Shown piece after piece: positions 1-8,803 of a stretch of 64,000 bases of DNA (position 1 is its first letter; each line of letters opens with the position of its first letter). The position numbers were made by a program, and so were the translations under genes. This DNA is from Candidatus Binatia bacterium (lineage in GTDB: Bacteria > Desulfobacterota > Binatia > HRBIN30): the NCBI GenBank assembly GCA_038245295.1, contig JBBRSP010000014.1, positions 32,001 through 96,000 of the forward strand. The letters run 5' to 3'. The notes beneath the pieces are model-generated. The model saw only the letters and a list, made by a program, of their open reading frames with translations, did no database searches and had not been told where the DNA came from.

Positions 1-887
1 TCGGCGCCAGCCGGGTCGACGAACTGGGGGTCGGTGACGACGTCGGTCGCGTCAATCGGTGTGCTCGAGGCGAAACGATCGGCGGTAATATTTCCGCCGC
101 TGACGTATCCGGATCGCGACGATGCGTTCACCTGGATACCCACCGGAGTGCCGTTCGAGGTCACGTTACCGCTCAGCGCGTTGTTGATGATCAAACCATC
201 CGCCGACCCAACCGTGGTCCCCGAGACGAAGATGCCGCGATTTCCGTTGCGGAACACCGTATTGTTGACGACGCTGAATCGCGGCGATCCACCAACACTG
301 CCGGTAATCAGAACGCCGCTGCCGCCGTTGGCATAGGCGAGGTTATTGAACACAGTCACGTCTTCGCTGTCCTGAACGTAGATGCCGTTGCTACCGCAGC
401 GCGACACCCGGTTGTTCGAGACGACGGCGCGATGCGCCTGGCTCTTCACATAGATCCCGACGCTGCTGCCATAGATGACAAAGCCGTCGACCGTGAAGGC
501 GAGGTTATGATTGAGCTCGATGCCGCTGCCGAAGCCGGTCGCGTCGAGCACGACATCTCCCGCGGAAACGCCGAACTCGATACCCTGCCGGTCGGCGATA
601 AGGGCGATGCGGGCGAAACCCTGGGGCCGAATATCGCCCTCGTGGTAGATTCCCGGTGCGACCACGATGCGGTCGTCGGCCCGCGCCTGTTGCGCCGCGA
701 ACCCAACGGTGCGCAGCGCCGCGGTTGGCGACTGGCCGCTGTTCGAGTCAGCTCCGGAGGGGCGGACGTACCATGTCGTGGCTCCGGCGCTGGTCGTGTT
801 GGCGCACAGGCAGGCCACGGCGAGGAGCGCCCAGCACAGATGGCGCGGCCCTCGCGCGCCGGCACCCTGCCACCAAGCGCTCTGCAC
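1..887 (-). CDS. Secreted right-handed parallel beta-helix repeat protein (DUF1565/pectin-lyase fold), 3' end runs off the window
   Basis: Not in ORF track (no stop in window). Manual translation from GTG 887: signal-like ...LCWALLAVACLCANTTSAGA, then TTWYVRPSGADSNSGQSPTAALRTV...IVVAPGIYHEG, followed by Asn/Gly-rich strand repeats. Confidence 0.75.
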   Translation of the reverse strand, partial: MQSAWWQGAGARGPRHLCWALLAVACLCANTTSAGATTWYVRPSGADSNSGQSPTAALRTVGFAAQQARADDRIVVAPGIYHEGDIRPQGFARIALIADRQGIEFGVSAGDVVLDATGFGSGIELNHNLAFTVDGFVIYGSSVGIYVKSQAHRAVVSNNRVSRCGSNGIYVQDSEDVTVFNNLAYANGGSGVLITGSVGGSPRFSVVNNTVFRNGNRGIFVSGTTVGSADGLIINNALSGNVTSNGTPVGIQVNASSRSGYVSGGNITADRFASSTPIDATDVVTDPQFVDPAGA

Positions 888-894
888 GCGCGCC

Positions 895-1074
895 TCAGAA
901 CAACGTGTAGATGAACGGTCCGAGGGCAGTTCCACCAGCAGTTACCATCAGCCCCCCGAACACGAGAAGGACAAGTACCATCGGAATGAGCCACCACATC
1001 TTGCGTTGCCACAAGAAGCTCATCAATTCTCCGGCGATCCCCGCTCGTTGCCGCACGCTCTCCGTCGTCTTCAT
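895..1074 (-). CDS. DUF5989/SxtK-like small membrane protein (59 aa)
   Basis: Manual translation MKTTESVRQRAGIAGELMSFLWQRKMWWLIPMVLVLLVFGGLMVTAGGTALGPFIYTLF*. WWLxP and PFIYTLF signature; AAGGAG RBS upstream; missing from ORF track. Confidence 0.9.
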   Translation of the reverse strand: MKTTESVRQRAGIAGELMSFLWQRKMWWLIPMVLVLLVFGGLMVTAGGTALGPFIYTLF

Positions 1075-1084
1075 GCCTCACTCC

Positions 1085-2275
1085 TTAGGGACGCACCGGC
1101 AACAACCGGTTACGTTCCAGAAAGTCCCTCAAATTAACCGCCGCCAAACGGTGTCCCGCTACCGTCCAATGGCCGTCATGCCGGAAGTGCAACGGCTCCT
1201 GGACGCTCTGCGCCTGCATCTTGAAGATCGGCCCGTACGCCAGGAACGGCACCGCATGATCGGTGCACCACTGCTGCACTCGCTTGTGCGGCGCCTCGAC
1301 GTCCCACGTCTGCCCCTGCATTGCCGGATTCGACTTCAAAATCTCTTGCCATGTATCGGGGTACACCTGATCTCGACTCGACAATATTGCAAGCGCGAAA
1401 GTTGCGCCCGAAGCGGTCACTTCTTGCTGCAACTGGCCCAACATCTTCTCGGTGTGGACCCAGGCGTCCTGCCATTCCGCATCGAGGCTGGGGGCGTAGA
1501 CCCCGTAGTCGGCGGGTACGCCGCCATGGCTCACCGTCGCATGCACGGCATCGCCTTTGAGGAGACCAAGGCGAACCAACTGGGCCGCAAGCTTGGGCTG
1601 CCGCACGATCAGGAACTGACGCAGAAACTGATAGGCGCGCGATCGCGCGATCAGACCGCGCCAGCCCGTGACCTTCGTATCCTTCTTCAACGACACAACT
1701 TTGATGATCGAACCGTCCGGCGCGTACTCGGGCCGCAACGTGTCTTCCAGGGTGGGCGAGTTGTTCTTGATGTCGTTGCCCGGATAGAACGCCAGGATCA
1801 CAAGATTGGGGCGATAGCGCAGCCCCTTGTCGCGAAACATCAACAACGCACCGGCCGTGCCATACCCACTGACGCCGGCGCTCAACACTTCGACGTGTTG
1901 CGGTCGCGGCGTCAAATCGAGCAGGTCTTCCAACTGACGCGGAAAGGTCGCCATCAACGGTACCTGCATTGCCTCGACGAAGGAATCGCCGAGGACGAGG
2001 ATGCGAAACGTCCCGTCCGGTTTGTCGTACGCATGCTCGACGTCACGCAGTCCATGCGTATTGACTTGAACCGGAGTGACGAACTCGCGGTCCTCCTGTG
2101 TCCAGTACCCTTCCTTGCTCGGGATGAGTCGCGAGCCGCGCAACGGATCAGGCTCCCAGAAGCGATCTGGAACGAGGTGCAGAACGCGCACGCCGACTTC
2201 AAGCAGCGCGAGGGGGAACAGCACTCCCATGGTGGCGAGCACAAGGCCCGCAACGAGTTCACGCCAACGCTTCAT
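1085..2275 (-). CDS. SGNH/GDSL hydrolase family protein with N-terminal membrane anchor
   Basis: Block I LGDSF, block III GND, block V DGHW. Start reset to ATG 2275 (ATGA overlap with carbamoyltransferase stop). Confidence 0.85.
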   Translation of the reverse strand: MKRWRELVAGLVLATMGVLFPLALLEVGVRVLHLVPDRFWEPDPLRGSRLIPSKEGYWTQEDREFVTPVQVNTHGLRDVEHAYDKPDGTFRILVLGDSFVEAMQVPLMATFPRQLEDLLDLTPRPQHVEVLSAGVSGYGTAGALLMFRDKGLRYRPNLVILAFYPGNDIKNNSPTLEDTLRPEYAPDGSIIKVVSLKKDTKVTGWRGLIARSRAYQFLRQFLIVRQPKLAAQLVRLGLLKGDAVHATVSHGGVPADYGVYAPSLDAEWQDAWVHTEKMLGQLQQEVTASGATFALAILSSRDQVYPDTWQEILKSNPAMQGQTWDVEAPHKRVQQWCTDHAVPFLAYGPIFKMQAQSVQEPLHFRHDGHWTVAGHRLAAVNLRDFLERNRLLPVRP

Positions 2276-4053
2276 GTCGGCTTGCGAACGATCGTGTTGC
2301 CAAGGAGGAGCGCGTCCATCCCGCTGCGGGCGAAGGTGCTGAACGCGTCGGCCGGCGTCGTCACGATGGCCTCGCCCTTCAGGTTGAACGAGGTGTTCAT
2401 GACACACGGTACGCCGCTCGATTGGCCAAACCGCTCGATCATCTTGTAATACAGCGGGCTCTCCGCCTTATGCACCGTTTGCAACCGCGCTGAGTTGTCG
2501 ACGTGGGTGATCGCCGGCAGTACTTCGCCCTGCCCCGGCTTTACCGGGACGACGAACAGCATGTAGCGGGCTGGGTAGTGCTTCGCCGCGTCGGGCAGAT
2601 CGAAGTAGCGTTCGGCTGCTTCCGCCAGGACCGACGGCGCGAACGGACGAAACGGCTCGCGGAACTTGATCTTGACGTTGACGATCTCCTTCATGTCGGC
2701 ACGCCGTGGATCGGCGATGATGCTGCGCGCGCCCAGGGCTCGCGGGCCCCATTCGAAACGCCCTTGAAACCACCCCAGCACATGGCCTTTGCCGAGATGC
2801 TCGACGACGGCGTCGACCATGTCGTCTTCGCTCGAGTATGTTTGCGCCGGCATGCCACAGGTGCGCGCGAAGTCGGCCGTCTCACCTTCGGTGAAATCCT
2901 GCCCCCAATAGGCGTGCTTCATGATGAAATTACGCGGCTTACCGAGGACCAGGTGATACGCATAGAGGGCCGCGCCGAGAGCTCCACCGCCGTCACCGGC
3001 AGCCGGCTGCACGAACACTTCCTTCATCGGTGTTTCGCGGATGATACGCCCGTTGGCGACACTATTGAGGGCCACACCGCCGGCGAGACAGATCTTGTCG
3101 AGACCCGTCTCCTTGTGGAGATGGCGCACCATCGTCAGAACGATCTCCTCGGTGACCTTCTGGATGCTGGCGGCGATATCGGCGTAGTGCTGATTGCGCG
3201 CACACATTTCCTCGTAGTTCGACGGCTTGTCGCCGAAGTACGATGGGTAACCGGAGGTTTTGGTAAAGAAGAGCCACGATGGATCGCGCGGTTCGCCGAA
3301 CAACTCGACGAACTTCGGCTTGTAGGTCTGGGTCGAGGAGTGATGGAAGCAGAAATAGTCCATGTCGAGCCAGAAACTGCCGTCCGGCTCGACGTGGATC
3401 AGCTTGTAGACCTTGTCCATGTACTTGGGCTCGCCGTAAGGAGCCATGCCCATGACCTTGTACTCACCCTCGTTCACCTCGAACCCGAGGAACGCGGTAA
3501 AGGCGCTGTAGAGCAACCCGATCGAATGGGGGAAACGAATCTCGTTGGTCAGCTTGATCTCGTTACCGCGGCCCACGCCCATCGTCGCGGTTGACCATTC
3601 GCCGACACCATCGACGGTCAGAATCGCTGATTCCTCGAAGGGTGAGCAAAAAAACGTACTGCAGGCATGCGACAGATGGTGTTCGCTGAACAGGATCTTG
3701 TCGGCCGAGATGCCGAGCTCGGAGCGGATGATGTTCTTGACCCAAAGCTTGTCGAGAAACCAGGTCGTCATGGCGTCGCCGAACACCTTCCATGACTTCG
3801 GCACGACTTGCAGGGCCGTCGTCAGGATGCGTTCGAACTTCACGAAGGGTTTCTCGTAGAACACGACGTAATCGAGATCGTTGATACCGATCCCGGCGCG
3901 GTCGAGGCAGAACTGAATCGCCAGCTTCGGGAACCCGGAGTCGTGTTTGTTACGGCTGAAGCGCTCCTCTTCCGACGCCGCAACGAGGACGCCGTCTTCG
4001 ATCAACGCCGCCGCCGCATCGTGGTAAAAGCAGGAAATTCCCAAAATCCGCAT
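2272..4053 (-). CDS. Carbamoyltransferase, NodU/CmcH family
   Basis: MRILGISCFYHDAAA, EEERFSR, EHHLSHA, DGVGE, GEYKVMGMAPYG, GGVALN, GPRALG.RSI, KFRE.FRPFAP, NTSFN. Confidence 0.95.
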   Translation of the reverse strand: MRILGISCFYHDAAAALIEDGVLVAASEEERFSRNKHDSGFPKLAIQFCLDRAGIGINDLDYVVFYEKPFVKFERILTTALQVVPKSWKVFGDAMTTWFLDKLWVKNIIRSELGISADKILFSEHHLSHACSTFFCSPFEESAILTVDGVGEWSTATMGVGRGNEIKLTNEIRFPHSIGLLYSAFTAFLGFEVNEGEYKVMGMAPYGEPKYMDKVYKLIHVEPDGSFWLDMDYFCFHHSSTQTYKPKFVELFGEPRDPSWLFFTKTSGYPSYFGDKPSNYEEMCARNQHYADIAASIQKVTEEIVLTMVRHLHKETGLDKICLAGGVALNSVANGRIIRETPMKEVFVQPAAGDGGGALGAALYAYHLVLGKPRNFIMKHAYWGQDFTEGETADFARTCGMPAQTYSSEDDMVDAVVEHLGKGHVLGWFQGRFEWGPRALGARSIIADPRRADMKEIVNVKIKFREPFRPFAPSVLAEAAERYFDLPDAAKHYPARYMLFVVPVKPGQGEVLPAITHVDNSARLQTVHKAESPLYYKMIERFGQSSGVPCVMNTSFNLKGEAIVTTPADAFSTFARSGMDALLLGNTIVRKPT

Positions 4054-4057
4054 AACG

Positions 4058-5278
4058 TCAGTGTCCTTTACTCAACGAAGTGTACAACTCGGCAAACGAG
4101 GTAGTGTGTCGGGTCAGAGAGAACTGGTCGCGAGCCCAGGCCTGGGCTCGTTGCCCCATTGAGACGCGGAGCGTCGGATCCTGCAGTAGCGTTTGCAGTC
4201 GCTGCGCCAGCGTTGCCGCATCCCCGGGTTCCGTGAGGAAACCCGTCTGGCCGTCTTGAATCAGCTCCGGGACGCCGCCGGCGTTGGTCGCCACGACCGG
4301 CTTGGCCAGCAGCATGCCCTCGAGGATGACGCGGCCGAACGCCTCCGGCCGTACCGACGTGTGCACTACGACGTCGAGCGCGTTCATGACATCGGCAATG
4401 TCGGAACGAAATCCGGTTGTCATTACATGGTCCGTCAGACGCAATTCAGCGATCCGTTCCTGTAGCCGCTGGGCATAGTCGCCGCCAGCACGATGAACGC
4501 CGCCAATAATCAGCGCTTGGGCGTTCGGAATCGCGTCGACGACCAGGCGCATGGCTTCGACCAGCACCAGTTGCCCCTTCCATTCCTGGATGTTGCCGGC
4601 GACGCCGACCACGAGGGCCGATGGCGCGAGCTTGAGCTCGGCACGCACCGCCGCCGCGTCACTGCTCGGCCGGTATGCGGCTTCATCCAGGGCGTCGTAA
4701 ATCACCAGATTGCGACGCCCGCGCACCCCATTGGCCGCACAGTGCGCGTCGACCGCCTTGGTCATACTCACCAGCGCATCGACGGAACCGGCGGCTCGGC
4801 GCTCGCGGTCGCTGTATTTCTCGAAGCCTTTCACGTGGCAAACGCACGGCGTTCGGGTAAGACGGCAGGCCAGAAAGCCATCGAAGTTGGCGCGTAACCC
4901 ATTGCCGAGATGGACCACATCGGCGCCCGAGGCGCGAATCACGCGTGCCAACCGAAGGGCCGCGGGAAGCTCTTCCATCAGCAATCGCGCACTCTGGCGC
5001 GCCAAACGCAGCGTCTGCCGAACCAGACCGACCGAGCGCGCCCGATGATACCCATCATAGTGCAGCAGCGCGTGTTCCTTCGGCAACTTGCGCCGCGACA
5101 CGTGGTACACGGCGACACCGCGCGCGGCGAGATCCGCTTCGATCCCCTTGGTTTCGTAGAGCACAATCGCCGCGGCAATTCGCTGCGCATCGAGGCCGTA
5201 GATCTCGTGCAGCAAGCCGGTGAGTGATCCACCAACGACGCCGCCACTCGATGCCTCGACGAAGAGTACACGGATCAT
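4058..5278 (-). CDS. Glycosyltransferase family 4
   Basis: WKG motif and EAFGRVILEGM (E-x7-E) GT4 signature. Confidence 0.9.
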   Translation of the reverse strand: MIRVLFVEASSGGVVGGSLTGLLHEIYGLDAQRIAAAIVLYETKGIEADLAARGVAVYHVSRRKLPKEHALLHYDGYHRARSVGLVRQTLRLARQSARLLMEELPAALRLARVIRASGADVVHLGNGLRANFDGFLACRLTRTPCVCHVKGFEKYSDRERRAAGSVDALVSMTKAVDAHCAANGVRGRRNLVIYDALDEAAYRPSSDAAAVRAELKLAPSALVVGVAGNIQEWKGQLVLVEAMRLVVDAIPNAQALIIGGVHRAGGDYAQRLQERIAELRLTDHVMTTGFRSDIADVMNALDVVVHTSVRPEAFGRVILEGMLLAKPVVATNAGGVPELIQDGQTGFLTEPGDAATLAQRLQTLLQDPTLRVSMGQRAQAWARDQFSLTRHTTSFAELYTSLSKGH

Positions 5279-5285
5279 GCCCTCG

Positions 5286-6395
5286 TCAGCTCCGCTGCAG
5301 CGCCGGTTCGGCGTGCCGGTTCAAGAGATCACCCACCATCGCTACGGCTCGATCACAGGTGACATCCTCAGAGAGAACAAGCTCGAAACTAGGTACCGCC
5401 GAAGCCAACTCGTCGAGCTGTGTCTCACGCTGCAACATCAGGCCGCTCGGTAGCAGTTGTTCGAGCACCGCGGCGTAAGCGAAATAGCGGCGCAAGTCAT
5501 TGATCAACAGGTCGCCTGAACTGAGGCGATGGCGTGCTTCCCTATCATCGAGTTGGCGCACCATGCTCGGCGCTCCGCGTCGCGGAAAGAGCAACAATGC
5601 CGCGCGACCGCGATCGGCGAGATGTGACGGAGCAACGCGGTAACCGCCACGATGCAAGCCATAGGAATGCGGAATCGCCTCCAGTACCCCGGCCCGCGTA
5701 CCGAGCCAGTCCTGACTGAAGCGATCGAGAAGAATCGGTTCGTGAACCGCCCAGACCTGTGTCGCGTGGTGGAGCACGAAACTGTCCGACAACAGTCGCG
5801 CCCCTTTTTCGGCGCCGAGAGCCACCGTCAGGGTGGACTTGCCGATGCCGCTTGCTCCGGCCAACAGCACCACCTGATCATTCATCAGCGCCGCACCGGC
5901 ATGCAGCGGATGGCGCCCCTGCATGTGTTCGAGCCACCACCAGCACGGGTAGTAGACCAGATAGGCAAGGATCGTCGGGAAGCGGCGGCGGCGCATTACG
6001 TCGCGACGCTGCCACTGGCGCACGCGGCGGATCGTGTCACTCAGACGACTGTTGCCGAGGCGGAAATAGAAGTCGGCTTCGATCTCGAGACGCGCGCCAT
6101 CCCAGGTCAGGCGCAGGAACAGATCGCGCAGGTCGTCGACCCGAAACCAGTGCAGGGTGTTGCCGTAGTGATACAGATCGCGATCGATGCGCAACGCCGC
6201 CGGCGCCACCTTGCGGATCGATTCCGGCGGCTGCCCGTCGTGCCAGCGCAGGCGCGCACAGATCGTTGGGGTCTCCGGTACCTCGGACAACAGGGGCGCG
6301 AGGTGCGACCTGGAATACTCCGTCAGGTCATCGGCATCCGACTCGAAGAGAAACGGAACGCCCGCCAACGTGCCGGTGACCGGCTTACGGCTCAT
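5286..6395 (-). CDS. HprK-related P-loop kinase, uncharacterised
   Basis: LHAGA...LLAGASGIGKSTL (Walker A) ...LLSD. Start reset to ATG 6395 overlapping upstream stop. Confidence 0.6.
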   Translation of the reverse strand: MSRKPVTGTLAGVPFLFESDADDLTEYSRSHLAPLLSEVPETPTICARLRWHDGQPPESIRKVAPAALRIDRDLYHYGNTLHWFRVDDLRDLFLRLTWDGARLEIEADFYFRLGNSRLSDTIRRVRQWQRRDVMRRRRFPTILAYLVYYPCWWWLEHMQGRHPLHAGAALMNDQVVLLAGASGIGKSTLTVALGAEKGARLLSDSFVLHHATQVWAVHEPILLDRFSQDWLGTRAGVLEAIPHSYGLHRGGYRVAPSHLADRGRAALLLFPRRGAPSMVRQLDDREARHRLSSGDLLINDLRRYFAYAAVLEQLLPSGLMLQRETQLDELASAVPSFELVLSEDVTCDRAVAMVGDLLNRHAEPALQRS

Positions 6396-8803
6396 GCCGC
6401 CGCCCCGGCTGACGGACCACCGCGTCCCGTCCAGCGTTGGGCGGCGTGCTGCATGGCGCGTCCGGCGGGCGCCAGACGCGCGTAGGCGCCACGTGCCAAG
6501 CGCGTCACCGGACCGATACTGCGATGCGCATAGGTGTACGGAACCTCGGTTGGGCCAAAGGTGCGCTTGAATCGCGCCACACTCTCGATGCCGGCACCGA
6601 CCATGTCGTACGTGGCAATCCCTTGTGAGCAGGCCCAACGAATGACCTCCCAGTGCAATAGATTGTTGGGACGCGCATCCTGCGTTGCTGAGTCGCTGGC
6701 ACCGTCGAGGTAGTAGATGCCGCGTGAGTCGTACGGGAAGATGCCGCCCGAAATCAGCTTGTCATCGAGATAGGCGAAGAACACTTTGACGGGCCCGCCT
6801 TTGGCGGCCAGTTCACCGATGGCGCGATAATCGTCCTTGCTGAGCCACGGTGGGCGATTGGATTTGGCGAAGACCTGTTGCGCCATCTCCCAATAGCGAT
6901 CGAGATTCGCGAGCAGGTCACCCTCGACGATCGTCACGCCGCTGTTCTGTCCCTTGCGCACGGCGCGCCGGCACGACGAGCTCAGCGAGTCGCGCCACAA
7001 GGCTTCTTCACCCGGGCGCATGTCCAACAGGAACGTCGCTCGCTGCTCGGTTTCGAAGCCGGCTTCCGCCAGCGCCCCCGTCTCCACTTCCTTGGCGAAG
7101 CGAATCTCGATGTAGGAAACCTTCTGGGCGCGCAAATGCCGGACCACCTCGCGCATGACGCTCGGCAAGAGCGCCGGGGCAACCATCGGCCCGAGGTACG
7201 GCGTGCCCGCTTGTGGCGGTGGCGAGGCGGCGATCTTGAACACACCTTTGCGAAACAGGAACAGAGGCAGTAGGCCGGCTGGTCGCTCCCCATCCAAGAT
7301 GCGTAGCAGCTTGAGCTCGGCACGGCGTTGCGTCGCTACCAATTGCAGCCACGCCAGACGATGAAAGACGCTGGCGTCAGGAAACGCCGCGAGCAACGTA
7401 TCCCACTCGCTCTCTTCGCACGGCAGTAGACGGATCACCTGTGGCGCGACGGTCTTGGTGACCGTGGTCGCTTTCGACACCAGGCCGGTGGAACGCAACC
7501 GCTTCTCCGTTGCCCCGCGTACGGCGGCCCAGATGAACTCCACGTCGGATCGCCGCGGAATCAACACTTCGCGAAAACCCATGCCGGAGTCGCGCCGGAA
7601 GGCAATCAGCAACATCACCGCGGCAAGCGTATAGGCCATGCTCGTAGCGATCGCCGCACCAACGATGCCGTAGCGCGGGATCAGTAGGATGTTAAACAAG
7701 ACGTTGCTGACCAGGGCGACCATGCCAGACGAGATGTTGATGGCCTGCTTATTCCGACTCGTGAAATCACGCGACAAGATCGTGAACACGGACATCATGA
7801 CCGCGCCGAGCATGGCGTAGCTGAGGGGCCGCGCCGCGGCGGCAAAATCGGCGCCATACCAGAGCGGTATCAAGAACGGCCCACCAATCGCGGCAACCAT
7901 GCCGCTCGTGGCGGTCAGAAGAATGGTGCCGCGGCTCGCCTGCGCCGTGAGCGCATGCACGTCGGACTTATCCAGCGAGGCCATCTTGGGATAGATGACC
8001 CAGCCAATGGCTTGCGGGATCTCGAGAACAATCTCTGTAAAGTGGAGGGCGAGGCTGTAGAAGCCAGCCTGCGTGGCCCCGAGAAAGTACGACACGATGT
8101 AGACGTCGCTGCGGAACAGCATGTGCATCGTCAGGATCTGCGCGTACGACAACAAACCGAAACTCATCTGACGGCCAAGCAGCGCACGGTCTGGGCGCAG
8201 GCCGAACGGGATCATCTGACGGGTCGTGTAGAGCAAGGACAACACGACGATTGTCGTCGTTGCGGCGTAGATCCAACTGGCATTCCACAGCGTCAGTCCA
8301 ACAGTGAAACGCGCTCCGACAACCATCACCATGACCAGCGCTGCGCCGGCCAAGGTACGCCGATTGTAGAGCGAGAAGTTCCCCTTGGCCTGCAGGACAC
8401 CCCAGAAGAAGTTGTCCACCAGCAGCAGCGGTACGCGCCAGAGGGCCAGCAGAAGGGCCCACCCCGGCACGCCGCCGAGGATCGTACTCAACAAGGCGTC
8501 GCGTAGGAACCAGGTAGCGGCGCAGACGACGAGACCGAGCACCATCCCCAGGAAGAGCGAGTTGGTGGCAACGCCGGAGAGCGAGGCGCCCTCGCGCCGC
8601 ACACAGTACACGTTGGCCGGAGTGATCCCGAGCTTGGTAATCGTCAGGAGTGTCGTCGGCAGCAATGTGACGAGCGCGAACAGACCGCGTTTGTCCGGCC
8701 CGAGGCCGCGCGCCAAGAAAATCGATGTCAACGTGCCCAACAACGCGACGCCGGCGCGCGAGCCCAGTAGGCCGAGAACATCGGAGGTCATGCCACGTTT
8801 CAT
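6392..8803 (-). CDS. Wzx/MOP polysaccharide flippase fused to C-terminal GNAT/FemAB-like domain
   Basis: About 430 aa multi-TM region (LARGLGP..G, LIPRYGIVGAAIAT) followed by a soluble FemAB-like domain (VFHRLAWL, RRAVRKG, PNNLLHWEVIRWA, RFKRTFG). Confidence 0.85.
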   Translation of the reverse strand: MKRGMTSDVLGLLGSRAGVALLGTLTSIFLARGLGPDKRGLFALVTLLPTTLLTITKLGITPANVYCVRREGASLSGVATNSLFLGMVLGLVVCAATWFLRDALLSTILGGVPGWALLLALWRVPLLLVDNFFWGVLQAKGNFSLYNRRTLAGAALVMVMVVGARFTVGLTLWNASWIYAATTTIVVLSLLYTTRQMIPFGLRPDRALLGRQMSFGLLSYAQILTMHMLFRSDVYIVSYFLGATQAGFYSLALHFTEIVLEIPQAIGWVIYPKMASLDKSDVHALTAQASRGTILLTATSGMVAAIGGPFLIPLWYGADFAAAARPLSYAMLGAVMMSVFTILSRDFTSRNKQAINISSGMVALVSNVLFNILLIPRYGIVGAAIATSMAYTLAAVMLLIAFRRDSGMGFREVLIPRRSDVEFIWAAVRGATEKRLRSTGLVSKATTVTKTVAPQVIRLLPCEESEWDTLLAAFPDASVFHRLAWLQLVATQRRAELKLLRILDGERPAGLLPLFLFRKGVFKIAASPPPQAGTPYLGPMVAPALLPSVMREVVRHLRAQKVSYIEIRFAKEVETGALAEAGFETEQRATFLLDMRPGEEALWRDSLSSSCRRAVRKGQNSGVTIVEGDLLANLDRYWEMAQQVFAKSNRPPWLSKDDYRAIGELAAKGGPVKVFFAYLDDKLISGGIFPYDSRGIYYLDGASDSATQDARPNNLLHWEVIRWACSQGIATYDMVGAGIESVARFKRTFGPTEVPYTYAHRSIGPVTRLARGAYARLAPAGRAMQHAAQRWTGRGGPSAGAAA

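Noticed and set aside
446..1081. 211-aa minus-strand ORF from the track
   Set aside because: Wrong frame; it overlays the DUF5989 gene and the start of the beta-helix gene.
911..2449. Long plus-strand ORFs antisense to real genes (also 19063-20475, 30967-32508, 2503-3594 and others)
   Set aside because: Shadow ORFs typical of high-GC DNA; no motifs; the opposite strand encodes clear families.
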